A program made the position numbers and the translations under genes. A DNA stretch of 63,688 bases, the filler included, from Octopus bimaculoides (lineage: Eukaryota): NCBI RefSeq assembly GCF_001194135.2. It is 7 parts of 7 records of this genome, joined end to end, with 100 filler letters (N's around TTAATTAATTAA, not from the genome) between each part and the next. Parts side by side here need not be neighbours in the genome. Positions count along the whole stretch, not along the records: positions 1 to 26,872 come from NC_068991.1; positions 26,973 to 33,317 come from NC_069002.1; positions 33,418 to 38,054 come from NC_068993.1; positions 38,155 to 47,741 come from NC_068984.1; 3 more parts are not named here. One strand, written 5' to 3'. The notes beneath the pieces were generated by a model, which did no database searches, was not told where the DNA came from, and saw nothing but the letters and a program-made list of their open reading frames with translations. Each line of letters starts with the position of its first letter. Positions within the stretch are counted from its first letter, which is position 1. Below are positions 25,005 through 39,929 of this stretch, piece after piece.

Positions 25005-25480
25005 AGGCCCATGAGTGGTTGTGTGGTAAGTAGTTTGCTTACCAGCCACATGGTTCCGGGTTCAGTATGTACATACATACATACATACATACATATATGT
25101 ATATGTATACACACACACAAATACACACACGCAAGCAGAAACAGAAACACAAACACACACACTGAAACACACACACAAACCCACATACATACACAAACAC
25201 ACACACACACAAACACACACACATGCACACATACATATATATGTTTGCGTGTATATATCTATATATATGCATATTCTTTTATTCGCTTACTTCTTTCAGT
25301 CATTTGACTGCGGTCATGCTGGAGCACCGCCTTTCGTCGAGCAAATCGACCCCAGAACGCATTCTTTGTAAGCCTAGTACTTATTCTATCGGTCTTCTTT
25401 CACCAAACTGCAAATTTACAGGGACGTAAATACACCATCATCGGTGTCAAGCTTTGGTTGAGAGGGGGGGGGCACAAACA
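25005..25480. mobile_element. SINE A head truncated at B box (+, 25005-25067) and SINE A tail (-, 25270-25480)
   Basis: gagtggttgtgtggtaagtagtttgcttaccagccacatggttccgggttcagt; tttcagtcatttgactgcggtcatgctggagcaccgcc. Confidence 0.8.
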
Positions 25481-25554
25481 CACACACAAATACATACATA
25501 CGTGCATACATGCATACATACATATATATACATACGTACATATATACGTATATA

Positions 25555-25649
25555 TACGTATCTCGCCTTACCCCTCTTGTTCTTCCTCTGTACTACTACG
25601 TATCTCGCCTTACCCCTCTTGTTCTTCCTCTGTTACTACTACGTATCTC
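25555..25649. repeat. 42/43-bp tandem duplication (2.2 copies)
   Basis: tacgtatctcgccttacccctcttgttcttcctctgt(t)actac twice. Confidence 0.9.
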
Positions 25650-26295
25650 TTTTTCCCCCTCGTATTTCCTCTCTTTCTCTTTTCCTCTCGTTGCTCACCT
25701 ACTCTTCTACTTCCTCCCTCTCTTTCTCCCTCTACCACTCTCTCTCTTCCCTTTACACCGGCATGGTCACATGCTTCCGGTCAATAATCCTTTCCTTCCT
25801 TGGCTTTCGCCAAGTAACGCACGCCACCACTTTGTCTCTCTCGGTTCCGNNNNNNNNNNNNNNNNNNNNNNNNNNNNNNNNNNNNNNNNNNNNNNNNNNN
25901 NNNNNNNNNNNNNTCGCGTTCATACACACATAATTTTTCTCGTCTGGCCGTAAAGCCTTTTCTGTTTGTTTTCCTGTCTTGTTTTTTGTCCGCCACTACA
26001 TTCCTCCATGGCTAGATTTAATTTGCGTATACAGATTTAATCTGCGATCCATGGGACGAGCCGTTTTAACGTTGCGTCCTGCCCGAAGCTCGTCGAAACG
26101 CCGGTGTTAAAACGTGGGTAGCTGATGAAGTAGAATGTTCTCTATGTGGTTCGTGTGTTCTCGTCTACGTTTGTTTGCAATGTCCTGTACCCAGATATAC
26201 ACCTATACATACAGGTGGATGTCGGTATGCACATACCTGTACGTATATATGCATATACTCATTTACTTTTGTTTTTATATATATATATACGTATA

Positions 26296-26460
26296 CGACG
26301 GGCTTCTTTCAGTTTCCGTTTACCAAACCTACTCACAAGGCTTTGGTCGGCCCGAGGCTATAGTAGAAAACAATTGCCCAAGGTGTCACACAGTGGGACT
26401 GAACTTGGAACCGTGTGGTTGGGATGCAAGCTTTTTACCACAGAGTCACTCCTGCGCATA
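26296..26460 (-). mobile_element. SINE family A head
   Basis: cgacgggcttctttcagtttccg...gggactgaacttggaaccg...ccacagagtcactcctgcgc. Confidence 0.85.
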
Positions 26461-26542
26461 TGTGTGTGTGTATGTATTTTGGCACATATATATTTATATG
26501 CGTATGTATATATGCATATATATATATGCATATATATATATG

Positions 26543-26578
<36 letters not shown>

Positions 26579-26712
26579 CACACATATATATATATATGTA
26601 TGTATATGTATGGATATATACGTGTATATCTTTACCTCTTACACACATACATTATGTATATATATATTTATATATATGTGTGTGTGTATATATATATATG
26701 TATATATATATG

Positions 26713-26745
<33 letters not shown>

Positions 26746-26872
26746 GTATATATATACATATATATATGTATATATATGTATATATATATATGTATATATA
26801 TACATATATATATATGTATATATATATGAATATATATATATATATATACATACATACATATATATATATATA

Positions 26873-26972
26873 NNNNNNNNNNNNNNNNNNNNNNNNNNNN
26901 NNNNNNNNNNNNNNNNTTAATTAATTAANNNNNNNNNNNNNNNNNNNNNNNNNNNNNNNNNNNNNNNNNNNN
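26873..26972. other. Artificial scaffold spacer N44-TTAATTAATTAA-N44
   Basis: Palindromic 12-mer with stop codons in all six frames, exactly 44 N on each side, 100 bp total. Confidence 0.95.
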
Positions 26973-27510
26973 TATATATATATATATATATATATGCATA
27001 TATGTGTGTGAGTGCTTGTGCATGTGTTTTTCTCTGTGTGTGTATCTGTATAAAATATACGTATGCATGTATGTGTACGCTCAGATTTGCGAATATTTGC
27101 ATCCAGTTAGTGAGAAAAGACAGGAACGTATTAAAAAAACAAACTAATAGTGAAATATTGAAATATATTTTAAGCTATGGAGTTAGATCGATAATTTCAC
27201 AACTCTCAAGAATATATTTAATACAATTCTGAGTTACGAATTAGGAATTAAAATCTGGCATTATAACCCAAAAGACATTCTAACTTCGTTGCGGTGACAT
27301 TGTTGTCTTCGAAAATAATCACCTGCAGTATAACAGTTTATATACGCATGTGAAACTGTTTTGTCTCTATATGGGCTTCGCATGTGACTATCTATCTATT
27401 TATTATGTATCTATTTTGAAATATATATNNNNNNNNNNNNNNNNNNNNNNNNNNNNNNNNNNNNNNNNNNNNNNNNNNNNNNNNNNNNNNNNNNNNNNNN
27501 NNNNNNNNNN

Positions 27511-27705
27511 TATTGCTTTATTGTTGAGTGCAGCCATGCTGGTGCACCACTTGTACTCGAAGAAATTGACCCCAGGATATTTCACTGTAATCGTGGTTCT
27601 TATCTTATCGCTCGCTCGTGCCGAACCGTTAGGTTTCGGTGTCGTAAACTCGTAAATGTACCGATATCGGTTGTCAAGCGATGGCAGGAGGGCAAGCACA
27701 GACAC
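27511..27705 (-). mobile_element. SINE family A tail, decayed
   Basis: gcagccatgctggtgcaccac...gccgaaccgttagg...atcggttgtcaagcgatgg. Confidence 0.7.
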
Positions 27706-28009
27706 ATACCTATATATATATATATATATATGTGTGTGGGTGTGTGTGTGGGTGTGTGTGTGTGTATGTGTGTGTATCTGTGTGTGTGTAGGTGTGTGTG
27801 TCTGTGTGCACGCGCATGTGTGTGTGCCTGTGCGTTTGTCTGTTTATATATGCATTCGTGCGTTCATATAGAACGCCTTATATAGAAGTGATCATGGTTT
27901 GCTTCAATGTTACTTTCTGTTTACTGCAGACAAAGTATGGATCTCTACCCACCGTCTGTTTCGAACTTCTTTTAGATCTTCTGAGATCACGTATACGTTC
28001 AGATAAACA

Positions 28010-28071
28010 CACCACGATGACGATGTTGATGATGAGGATAATGACGATGTTAATAATGACCACGATGAAAG

Positions 28072-28122
<51 letters not shown>

Positions 28123-28161
28123 CGATGACGATGATGATGATGGTGATGATGATGACGTCGG

Positions 28162-28195
<34 letters not shown>

Positions 28196-28320
28196 AATGA
28201 TGATGATGATGATGACGTCGGTGATGATGTCGGTGATGATGATGATGATGGTGATGATAATGATGATGATAACGACGACGACGACGACTGTCATGATGAT
28301 GATAACTGTTGTTTTGTTTT
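28010..28320. repeat. (GAT)n-rich microsatellite
   Basis: Directly visible; source of the poly-M and poly-I ORFs. Confidence 0.95.
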
Positions 28321-29129
28321 ACTGTTTACATCGTTTGCTGAAGATTTTTATTGTTGAGGTTGCGGTTATTGTCACTACATTTATACAATTAATATCAACA
28401 ATATCATTGACCTCATCTCATGTAATTCTAGAGGCGACAGGGCGGAATCTAACGACGCCAGCGCTAACACCACCAACACAAATAATGACAACGGAAGAGG
28501 AGCAACAAGAGAACTGCAAGTGCAGCAGCAAGGGCAGCAGTAAGCGCAGCAGCAACGATCCCACTGCTGCTAACAACGATTACCATATCTGCGGATCAGA
28601 TAAACAATATCAAAATCAGGCTACTTCAATGGAATTCTGGGGTTTTGTCATCAGATTGAATAGATATTTGCTCATCAGACATCTTGAAATGTTTACTTTC
28701 ACTTTCGTTTTCCTTCTCTACAACTCTTCCATCACCACCTTTTCCTTCGCGTATTACTTCTGTGTGTCACAAACTCGTTTTATATCCTTCCATGTTTGTT
28801 TCTCTTCTTTAACCTTCAATTAAATTAAATCAGTGCTTTTTCTCTCTTTATTCCATGTGTTTTTTCAACATTATTCTTTGATATATTTCTTTAAAACAAT
28901 TTTTTCCCTCTCTTCCTCTTTTCTATCGCTATTTGTCTTCTTAATTTTTTTTTCTTCTTTGAAAATTCCTTTCTTCTACAGATTCGATGTTATTTATTTT
29001 CTTCCTAAGCTGGTCGAAGAGATCGAGCAAGTGGGAGAGAGGTGGATAAATGTGTTGGTTCGCCGATTATATGGTTGTTTAAGATGTTATCAATTCAGAA
29101 GTAGAGTTTAATGAAGAAATTGAATGAGT

Positions 29130-30216
<1,087 letters not shown>

Positions 30217-31764
30217 GTCCAGCTTTTGATAACGACTTCCAGCCGAATTTCGATACAAGTATGGATAAAGAATCACTAGAAATAAAGACGGATAATATCG
30301 AAGATACTTCGTAAAAAAAGAGCGGGTTATTCATTTAGCAGAGTGGTCACTATTAGATCACATAATTGAAAATATATCCAATATTCCACCAGTCGCAAAC
30401 ATTGCCTGTCAAGAACCGACACCTTATTGTTCACAAGGCAGAGCACCTAATACTGCAATCCATCACTGTCAATTGCATAACAAACAGCGGTCATTATTCA
30501 CTAATGGCTAAATAAAACAACGAACTTACCAATCACAAAAATACTCCTATTTGATTAATATCAATGGAGTTTACGATTTGAAAAGTATATTGAAAAAAAA
30601 TTATTTGTTTCTTAAATTTATTATTTAGTTATCAACGATTACTTTAACGTTTTCTTTCGTAATTTTTTCACTTTCAATGGCAAAACCTAGTTTAACTCTG
30701 TCATCAACATTGTTCTGTATTTCCGGTCATTGCAAGTGACTCCTCATAACTCTCCTACTCGCCGCTTCCATTTATCATCTCAAGATTACGAAAATTAAAT
30801 TATCTTTGAAATTCTTCATATCATTTAATCTTTGCTTTTAATATCAAAGTTTTTCATCTCTCTCGTACTGTCGTCTAACACATTTCTACTCACTTCCTAC
30901 ACACCACTTTACATAATCACAGCCATAGATAGATGCACCCATTTAATACTACACAAACACACTCACTCACACACACACAAGTGCAAATATAGCTGTACGA
31001 AAGTGTATATATATATACGAGTGTGTGTGTATATATATATATTTATATATATACGAGTGTGTGCATATATAATTANNNNNNNNNNNNNNNNNNNNNNNNN
31101 NNNNNNNNNNNNNNNNNNNNNNNNNNNNNNNNNNNNNNNNNNNNNNNNNNNNNNNNNNNNNNNNNNNNNNNNNNNNNNNNNNNNNNNNNNNNNNNNNNNN
31201 NNTATATATATATATGTACATATATGAGTGTGTGTGTACATATGTACGTAGATAACATTTTACGTTCACATATATTTCATGATTTACCTTATTTTTATGT
31301 AATTTTTTTTTTCAAATTTGGTATTTATATTTTACATTTAACTTCATTTAACTTTGCTTTTTTCTTCCTTACTTCTCTTCTTCCATCTGCTATATTTTGA
31401 ATATTGTTTTTACTGAAAATTTCTATATCATTTATATTTTCTTTAAATTTTAATCTGTTCTCATTCTGAAAAATCTTCCTCGACTATTCTTCTTTCCTAT
31501 AGTTGTTTCGTTAATGTTTTTTCCAAGGAAGATAAATACGTCTTCGTTGCACTAAACTCTTTCTTTTTCTCGTTCAGTTTTTCTTTTGAAACTTTGAAAT
31601 GAAACTTGCTGTCTTCATATTTTTAGTTTCCGAAGATTTTGTTTATGTAGTTGATCTTGAAAATGCTATGGCTCTTTATTACATTTACTCGTTTTTAGTT
31701 CTTTACCTTCGTCACGTTCTTTTGACCTCGAACTCCACCACCTCCCTCTCTGCCTTTCAACTAT

Positions 31765-31847
<83 letters not shown>

Positions 31848-32064
31848 CTACTTAATACGTTATCTTAACCGTTGTTTTCACTAAATATATGATCAACTAT
31901 TTTACAACACATGCACACACTCAAATAAATAAAAATACAACAAAAACATAAATATATACAAACACAACTATGCTTACACACATTTATACACACACATGCA
32001 TATGCTTGAGAACTGTTGTACATTTGTTTATGCCTTGTAACTGAGCGGATCAAGAAATGAGTTT

Positions 32065-32170
32065 AAATCAAAAGACAACGATTAGGGTCGATCTGCTCGA
32101 CAAAATCCTTCAATCTGACGCCACAGCACCGACTCGGTTTATGACTGAAATACGCAGAAAGTAAAAGAGA
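32065..32170 (+). mobile_element. SINE family A tail, decayed
   Basis: gggtcgatctgctcgacaaaatcc...atgactgaaatacgcagaaagtaaaagag. Confidence 0.55.
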
Positions 32171-32207
32171 CACACACACACACAAACACAAACACACAAC
32201 ACACACA

Positions 32208-32239
<32 letters not shown>

Positions 32240-33049
32240 TGTTGTAGTGCACAGATAGGAACGTAAAAACGAAAGTGAGGTTCAAACTTCCATAATTCCA
32301 AAACACATTTCCCTAACATTTTACCACCTGGAATATACGTTGAGTGACAGGAAGAAAAAAAGAGAGCCCACCTATCGGATGGTTAGTCCATTTCAAAAGA
32401 AATATTCCACTGTATTGACTAATCCTTTACGCTACTCAACAATAATTGATTGTAAAGTTCATTATACTAAATAACCGAAACACAGCTGAGATTCTATCAT
32501 AACCAAAGGCATAATCCTGTCACATGTTATAGCATTTTACACGGAGATGATGGCAAGACAAAAGTGATTTCATTCCACACATGGAGATGTCATGAAACCG
32601 GAGTGAAGTTACAGCCGAACATCACAAGGTTTTGATACAGCAATCCACGTTAAATATGTAACATAATTGCCATGGTTGATGTGCTATGTTCAATAATATC
32701 CATTTAAATTAGTCTCTACCATAATAAAATCTCTCTCCACTTTGTAATTATTCCATTAAGTCGAAGTATTAGCTTTCTCTTAAAAGGCTTTATTATCTCT
32801 ATCACATAATCCTGAATTTAGCAATTCGACATTTCTGATGATCTTTACGTTTAGCGGTAACTTTTATATTTGATATGATAGCAATTTTTTTCATTCTGTG
32901 AAACGCAAAAAGGTTACCTCTACACTCACCCGCCCCACACACACATACACACGTACACACACACACATACATGTATATGTGTTTGTGTGCGTGTGTAGAG
33001 GAAATATATATGCTTGTTTGTGTATACATATATTTATAAATATATATAA

Positions 33050-33215
33050 ATATGTATATGGGAATATTTACAAAAGAAAACAACAGAGGAAGTCAGGTGG
33101 TGTAAACAACATATGAATGTATTAGTTTAACGCTCGGGAATAAACAAAGTATTTGACGTTTCGAGCTACGCTCTTCAACAGAAAGGAACACAGAAAGAAA
33201 CAAGGTGAGAAAGAA
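33050..33215 (-). mobile_element. Penelope pseudo-LTR-like repeat with degenerate hammerhead motif
   Basis: Minus strand CTGTTGA-agagcgtagctc-GAAAC...gagCGTT-aaactaata; same family as 56215-56370. Confidence 0.5.
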
Positions 33216-33276
33216 GATATGTAAATATGCATTCAAACACACACACACAAATATATACATACATATACATACATAT

Positions 33277-33317
<41 letters not shown>

Positions 33318-33417
33318 NNNNNNNNNNNNNNNNNNNNNNNNNNNNNNNNNNNNNNNNNNNNTTAATTAATTAANNNNNNNNNNNNNNNNNNNNNNNNNNN
33401 NNNNNNNNNNNNNNNNN
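33318..33417. other. Artificial scaffold spacer N44-TTAATTAATTAA-N44
   Basis: Same 100-bp cassette. Confidence 0.95.
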
Positions 33418-33676
33418 TATATATATAGTAACAGTAGAGGTACAGGCGTCAATCCATTACAGCCATTTCTAACGATTCCTTTAATTCATTAATGAAAACA
33501 TTACGTCATTATAAAGAAACTGTTTTCGTCAGATGAATTAATGAACTTCAAAATTAAGGACATTCAAAATGATTTAACATAGTTTATAATTCATGGAGCA
33601 AAACATTTTCAGTGATTCTGCTACTATTTCAGTTGACAGAATGGATTTTTCAGAATAGTGTACATTTAATCATATT

Positions 33677-34050
33677 ACCAATGTAGCCAGGGACTTCCTA
33701 GCACAAATAAGGAAACATTTCCCCAGTGACCATAAGTATTACAAACTCTTAAACTCCCATAATATCAAGGTAAGCTACTCCAGCTTAGACAACATCGCAT
33801 CTAACATTGCACGCATCAACAGACCTAAAAACATACCCACACAACCCCAACTTTAACCTACAACTCCCGAAATCCTACCACCTGCGCTCTAGAGGGATCT
33901 TGCCTCTCAACGGTTGTAGTATACAGAGCCACCCTTACACCATCCGATGCTATTACTAGGCACTATATGGGCATAACAGTCAATGACTTCAAGGAAAGAT
34001 ACTCCCAGCACTTGAATTCATTTAGATCCAGGGACTGTGAGAACTTCACT
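33677..34050 (+). mobile_element. Penelope-like element GIY-YIG endonuclease region, frameshifted
   Basis: NVARDFLAQIRKHFPSDHKYYKLLNSHNIKVSYS then CALEGSCLSTVVVYRA...HYMGITVNDFKERYSQHLNSF. Confidence 0.85.
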
Positions 34051-34466
34051 TACCTGTTGCGCTTTCTCTGCAGACTTCGTGACCTCTGAAACGAAACACC
34101 CAACATCAAGTGGACTACACGGTCTGAAGGCCTCCTTTCTGGAGTTGACCTGGAGAACATCCTTAACCAAAGTTGATTTTTACATATTGTTGTGTGTATA
34201 TATTATTCCGACCTAACGAGGCGCCTCAGCTTGAATATCTAATTCAACTGAATCCTACTAACACACACACACACACANNNNNNNNNNNNNNNNNNNNNNN
34301 NNNNNNNNNNNNNNNNNNNNNNNNNNNNNNNNNNNNNNNNNNNNNNNNNNNNNNNNNNNNNNNNNNNNNNNNNNNNNNNNNNNNNNNNNNNNNNNNNNNN
34401 NNNNNNNNNNNNNNNNNNNNNNNNNNNNNNNNNNNNNNNTATATATATATATACATATATATATTT

Positions 34467-36619
34467 TAGGGCTTGTAACGATTAATTTAATTTTCATTAA
34501 CTTTTGAGAAATTAATGATTAATTAATAGTTAATTTCGATTAAAACTTTAAAATGTCTGCAGTTGCATTTATTGACAAGTTTATGATATTTCGATTAAAA
34601 TTCAGTTAAAAGCAAGAAATATCATAGGTGTTTTCTCACTCAAATGTTGTTGGATAACCAGTTACGAAAACACAGAAGCGTGTTAACAGTATTTGTTTCA
34701 AGTGATGAGCGCGTCTTGTTAACAATGTAAGCAGCAGAGCTAAATAATCTTTCACACGGAACTGAGGTAGCTAGTATGCACAGAACAGTCTTGGCAAAAA
34801 ATGCCAATTTCGGATATCGATGTTCATTAAGTTTTCACCACTGATTCAGCAACTCTTTTCTCCATTCTATATCCCTGTACTTCATCAGAAGCGTTTTGGA
34901 CACCCTCTTCTAAATCTGAGTCAGACTCCATCAGCTTAATGCACCTTTCATTAGGTTCGCATATAGTTTTATTGACACTGTCAGTATCATCTTGTGCTGT
35001 AGTCTTCAACTGGTCATCATTAACACCAACTGCTATTTATTGTCCAATAAGTAACCAAGTTTGTTCTTTTGAATCGTCTGATAAGCATTCAAGTTTTTAT
35101 ATCGTGGATCAAGTGCGGTTGCAATCTGTAATAGTTCGATACTTTGCATGTCAGCTACACGTTTGATGATCTCATTAACAGATGCTGCCTTGAATCTGAC
35201 TATAGAACCTGGATCATCATCATTTACAGTCATGTGCTTTGTCAAAGACAATAACAGTGGTAATACACAGCTACACGACACATATTTTTCACCGCCAAGC
35301 AGGACCATAGCCTGTCAAAATAAATCTAAAACGTTGATGATTTTGAAATCTTTTCCCAATCAGAACCGAACAGTTTTGGACCTTTATATTGCTTCTCTTC
35401 GTCTGACATGGAAATGGTTATTGCTTCTCTGGCCTGCAGCAGACTCTGCAGCATTAGAAAAGTACTGTTCCATCTTGCTGAATCATCTTGCTGTAGCTTA
35501 CGCAATGATGAATCACTACAATTCTGCAATTCAGTTGTGTGGATAGGGCTATTTTAAATATCTCCTATGATTTTTCGACATTTAACAAACAATGTTTCTG
35601 TATCTGTGGCTTTAAATCCATGCAATACTCTCAACTGCAGGCTATGAGCCAAACACAGAATATGAACAAAACCAATTTGATTTACAGCTGAAACCAAATT
35701 TCGTGCATTGTCTGTTACTAGAACCTGAATCTTCTTTGTTATATCCCAGTCTTTTACAGATTGTTTATATAACTCAGCAACATTGTTAGAATAGTGACGT
35801 TCAACAACATGCACACATTCAAGAACAACACTTATTAAATTCCAGTCATCAGCAATCCAATGGCCGGTGATTCCGCTTTAACTTTCATTACCTAGAGATG
35901 TCCAAAAATCAGACGTTAGCGCAATTGCCTTTGAAGTTTTCACTACTTCTTTAACACTTTCTCTTTTGCTGTTATAAATATCAGCTGACATTTTATCAAT
36001 AGTGCACCGGCAAGGTAGTTTATATTCGGTATTTTTAAGTGATGTACGCAATACTTGCTGAAGACCATCATCTTTTACTATCGATATTGGTCTACTATTA
36101 TTAGCTATCCAGTTTGCAAGTGGTATTTTAATGTCACGTTGTAGGGTAGCATTCACCGGATGATCAGACCGACGATAAAACTGACTCAAAGTAGTCCGCT
36201 TGGAGGTAGATGACACCGGCCGCTGTAGACTGACTAAACGAAGCTGACTTTGCGAAGTGAGGCTTCGAATACTCTAGCGAGTGTTTGTCTTGAAGGTGGT
36301 AAGTAAGCGATGTGTTAGATCCATGGTATGCGAAGGATTTGTCGCAATGGATGCAACAAACGTTATCAGCAGTTTTGATATTACCGTCAACCAACAATTT
36401 AAATCCGAAATGTTCATGTAATCGACCTGATAAAGACTTATATTTCATAACTTGATTCTTCTCCATTTTGCAGTCGCTACTATTGCTTCCCGACTTCCGG
36501 TACATTTATTAATGATGGGTAGAAAATTAAATTAATAAAAATTAATCGTTAAAGCAAAAATTTGATCGTTAAAATAAATTAACGATTAATCGATTAATTA
36601 ATCTTTAAATTCAGCAGCC

Positions 36620-36622
<3 letters not shown>
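34467..36622 (-). mobile_element. Full-length hAT (Ac/ZBED1-like) DNA transposon, 2156 bp
   Basis: Termini TAGGGCT...AGCCCTA, sub-terminal CGATTAA/TTAATCG arrays, 8-bp flanks atatattt and atatatat (7/8 TSD match), internal transposase. Confidence 0.92.
34640..36466 (-). pseudogene. hAT transposase pseudogene, about 608 codons, with several stops and frameshifts
   Basis: BED finger CIHCDKSFAYHGSNTSLTYHLQDKH; LTSDFWTS; VTDNARN; CLAHSLQL; RWNSTFLML; LDPRYKNL; ATSVPCERLFS...NWLSNNI* (D, D and E catalytic motifs all present). Confidence 0.92.
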
Positions 36623-36657
<35 letters not shown>

Positions 36658-38054
36658 NNNNNNNNNNNNNNNNNNNNNNNNNNNNNNNNNNNNNNNNNNN
36701 NNNNNNNNNNNNNNNNNNNNNNNNNNNNNNNNNNNNNNNNNNNNNNNNNNNNNNNNNNNNNNNNNNNNNNNNNNNNNNNNNNNNNNNNNNNNNNNNNNNN
36801 NNNNNNNNNNNNNNNNNNNNNNNNNNNNNNNNNNNNNNNNNNNNNNNNNNNNNNNNNNNNNNNNNNNNNNNNNNNNNNNNNNNNNNNNNNNNNNNNNNNN
36901 NNNNNNNNNNNNNNNNNNNNNNNNNNNNNNNNNNNNNNNNNNNNNNNNNNNNNNNNNNNNNNNNNNNNNNNNNNNNNNNNNNNNNNNNNNNNNNNNNNNN
37001 NNNNNNNNNNNNNNNNNNNNNNNNNNNNNNNNNNNNNNNNNNNNNNNNNNNNNNNNNNNNNNNNNNNNNNNNNNNNNNNNNNNNNNNNNNNNNNNNNNNN
37101 NNNNNNNNNNNNNNNNNNNNNNNNNNNNNNNNNNNNNNNNNNNNNNNNNNNNNNNNNNNNNNNNNNNNNNNNNNNNNNNNNNNNNNNNNNNNNNNNNNNN
37201 NNNNNNNNNNNNNNNNNNNNNNNNNNNNNNNNNNNNNNNNNNNNNNNNNNNNNNNNNNNNNNNNNNNNNNNNNNNNNNNNNNNNNNNNNNNNNNNNNNNN
37301 NNNNNNNNNNNNNNNNNNNNNNNNNNNNNNNNNNNNNNNNNNNNNNNNNNNNNNNNNNNNNNNNNNNNNNNNNNNNNNNNNNNNNNNNNNNNNNNNNNNN
37401 NNNNNNNNNNNNNNNNNNNNNNNNNNNNNNNNNNNNNNNNNNNNNNNNNNNNNNNNNNNNNNNNNNNNNNNNNNNNNNNNNNNNNNNNNNNNNNNNNNNN
37501 NNNNNNNNNNNNTATATATATATATATATGTACATACACACACACACACACACACAATCACCTACATATTTAGATATTAAGATATAGTTTGGAATGTAAA
37601 ATGCAGTCTCAAGGATTGTCATCGGGATTTCCTTCAACAGTGGCACTTCGAGGTTTACAGACAACAATAATAGAGGATCACAAGAGATTAGAGGAGAGGG
37701 CGGAGGAATGGTTCCGCTAGATATATAAATGATAACAATAGAGTAGAAGGAGATAAGATGCTTACCATTCGTTACCATTAGTAAGTGTTACCGGAAATAA
37801 ATGCGAACAGAATAGAGAATTGTCTGTCTCTGAAGCTACTTAGAAATTTTGAGCGGAAAATATGCTGGCACTGATTGGTTTAGAATTGTGTTACATGAGA
37901 AGGCATCTTAGGTATATCTGTGCGAGAGAGTGTATGCATGTGTGGTATGTGTGTGTCTGCGCACATATGTAAGTGTATGTGTTTGTGCATGAATTTATGT
38001 CGGTATATATATATGCATGCATACAATCATATGTATATATATATATATATATAT

Positions 38055-38154
38055 NNNNNNNNNNNNNNNNNNNNNNNNNNNNNNNNNNNNNNNNNNNNTT
38101 AATTAATTAANNNNNNNNNNNNNNNNNNNNNNNNNNNNNNNNNNNNNNNNNNNN
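38055..38154. other. Artificial scaffold spacer N44-TTAATTAATTAA-N44
   Basis: Same 100-bp cassette. Confidence 0.95.
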
Positions 38155-39000
38155 TCTCCCTCTCCCCCTCTCTCCCTCTCCCCCTCTCTCTCGCTCCCAC
38201 CCGATTCACCCCAAGAAAAGTTCTTTTTCCTTTCTTATTTTCTCATTCATCCCCCACCTCCAACATCGCTGCATGGTTCTAAGCATCACGTGAGCATTCT
38301 GTTCTTTCGAGACGTATCTATTGTAATGTGTGTACAAGAGCACTTGTCTGTATGTATGTATATGTATGTGCATGAGTGTATGCGTTTCCGCGTGTGTCTG
38401 TGTGTTCGCTTCATGCAGTTGTGCGTTCATACGGGTGTTTTGATGTGCGCCAACGCGTTTATGTGCATATTCATGCAGGCACACACACGTGCGACTGTGC
38501 TACATGAATGGGGTACTGCTTTAGTACTTCTACATGTATACATGTGTGGAATTCTATGTTGGCAGTTGTGTATCGAGAGATTCATAGGAATAATTCACTG
38601 ATGCGTGTGAATGCCTTAGCACACAGCGTTTCTAGGGTTAGAGACCCTCCGTATATTTGCATGTATGCATCTATGCATGTTTATGTACGTATATATGTGT
38701 ATGTATGTATATATAAGGGTGTGTTGCATGCATGTATATTTGCATGTATGTAGAAATATAACTACACATATGTATTAATTCATGTATGAACATACGTATG
38801 TATATATATGTATGTATGTATATATGTATGTATATATGTATGTATGCATATGTGTATATGTTTACGTATGTATGTGTATATGCGCTTTAATTTTCTTGGA
38901 AGTGTGCATTTGTATTTACAAATGTGATATATATATATACGTGTATATATATATATAGATAGATAAAAATGTTTATATGTACATGTATAAATAATATAAT

Positions 39001-39079
<79 letters not shown>

Positions 39080-39860
39080 NNNNNNNNNNNNNNNNNNNNN
39101 NNNNNNNNNNNNNNNNNNNNNNNNNNNNNNNNNNNNNNNNNNNNNNNNNNNNNNNNNNNNNNNNNNNNNNNNNNNNNNNNNNNNNNNNNNNNNNNNNNNN
39201 NNNNNNNNNNNNNNNNNNNNNNNNNNNNNNNNNNNNNNNNNNNNNNNNNNNNNNNNNNNNNNNNNNNNNNNNNNNNNNNNNNNNNNNNNNNNNNNNNNNN
39301 NNNNNNNNNNNNNNNNNNNNNNNNNNNNNNNNNNNNNNNNNNNNNNNNNNNNNNNNNNNNNNNNNNNNNNNNNNNNNNNNNNNNNNNNNNNNNNNNNNNN
39401 NNNNNNNNNNNNNNNNNNNNNNNNNNNNNNNNNNNNNNNNNNNNNNNNNNNNNNNNNNNNNNNNNNNNNNNNNNNNNNNNNNNNNNNNNNNNNNNNNNNN
39501 NNNNNNNNNNNNNNNNNNNNNNNNNNNNNNNNNNNNNNNNNNNNNNNNNNNNNNNNNNNNNNNNNNATATATCAAGGCACGTGTATATAGATGTGCGTGT
39601 GTGTATAAGTATATATGTATATATGTATATGCGCGAGTACATGTAAGTGTGTGAGGTGTGTGTGTGAATGTGTGGGTGTGGGTGTGAGTGCATGTATACT
39701 TGAAAGCTGAACTGGAACAATGATTTCTGAGCACCACATGGGTGGATAAATATTCCCTTTTAATAGAAAATCAACTGACTGACACCGTAGGTTTCGTGCA
39801 AATATATCCGCAATTATTCAATCGGAGTTCCAAGAATAGATTATACCTCTGCTGATTTTG

Positions 39861-39929
<69 letters not shown>

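Noticed and set aside
25555-25649. Direct repeats as a CRISPR-like array
   Set aside because: Only two adjacent units with no spacers, in eukaryotic context; the same applies to the 4480 and 51700 minisatellites
26917-26928. TTAATTAATTAA as a biological homeodomain or PacI-type site
   Set aside because: Always centred in exactly 44+44 N, so it is synthetic
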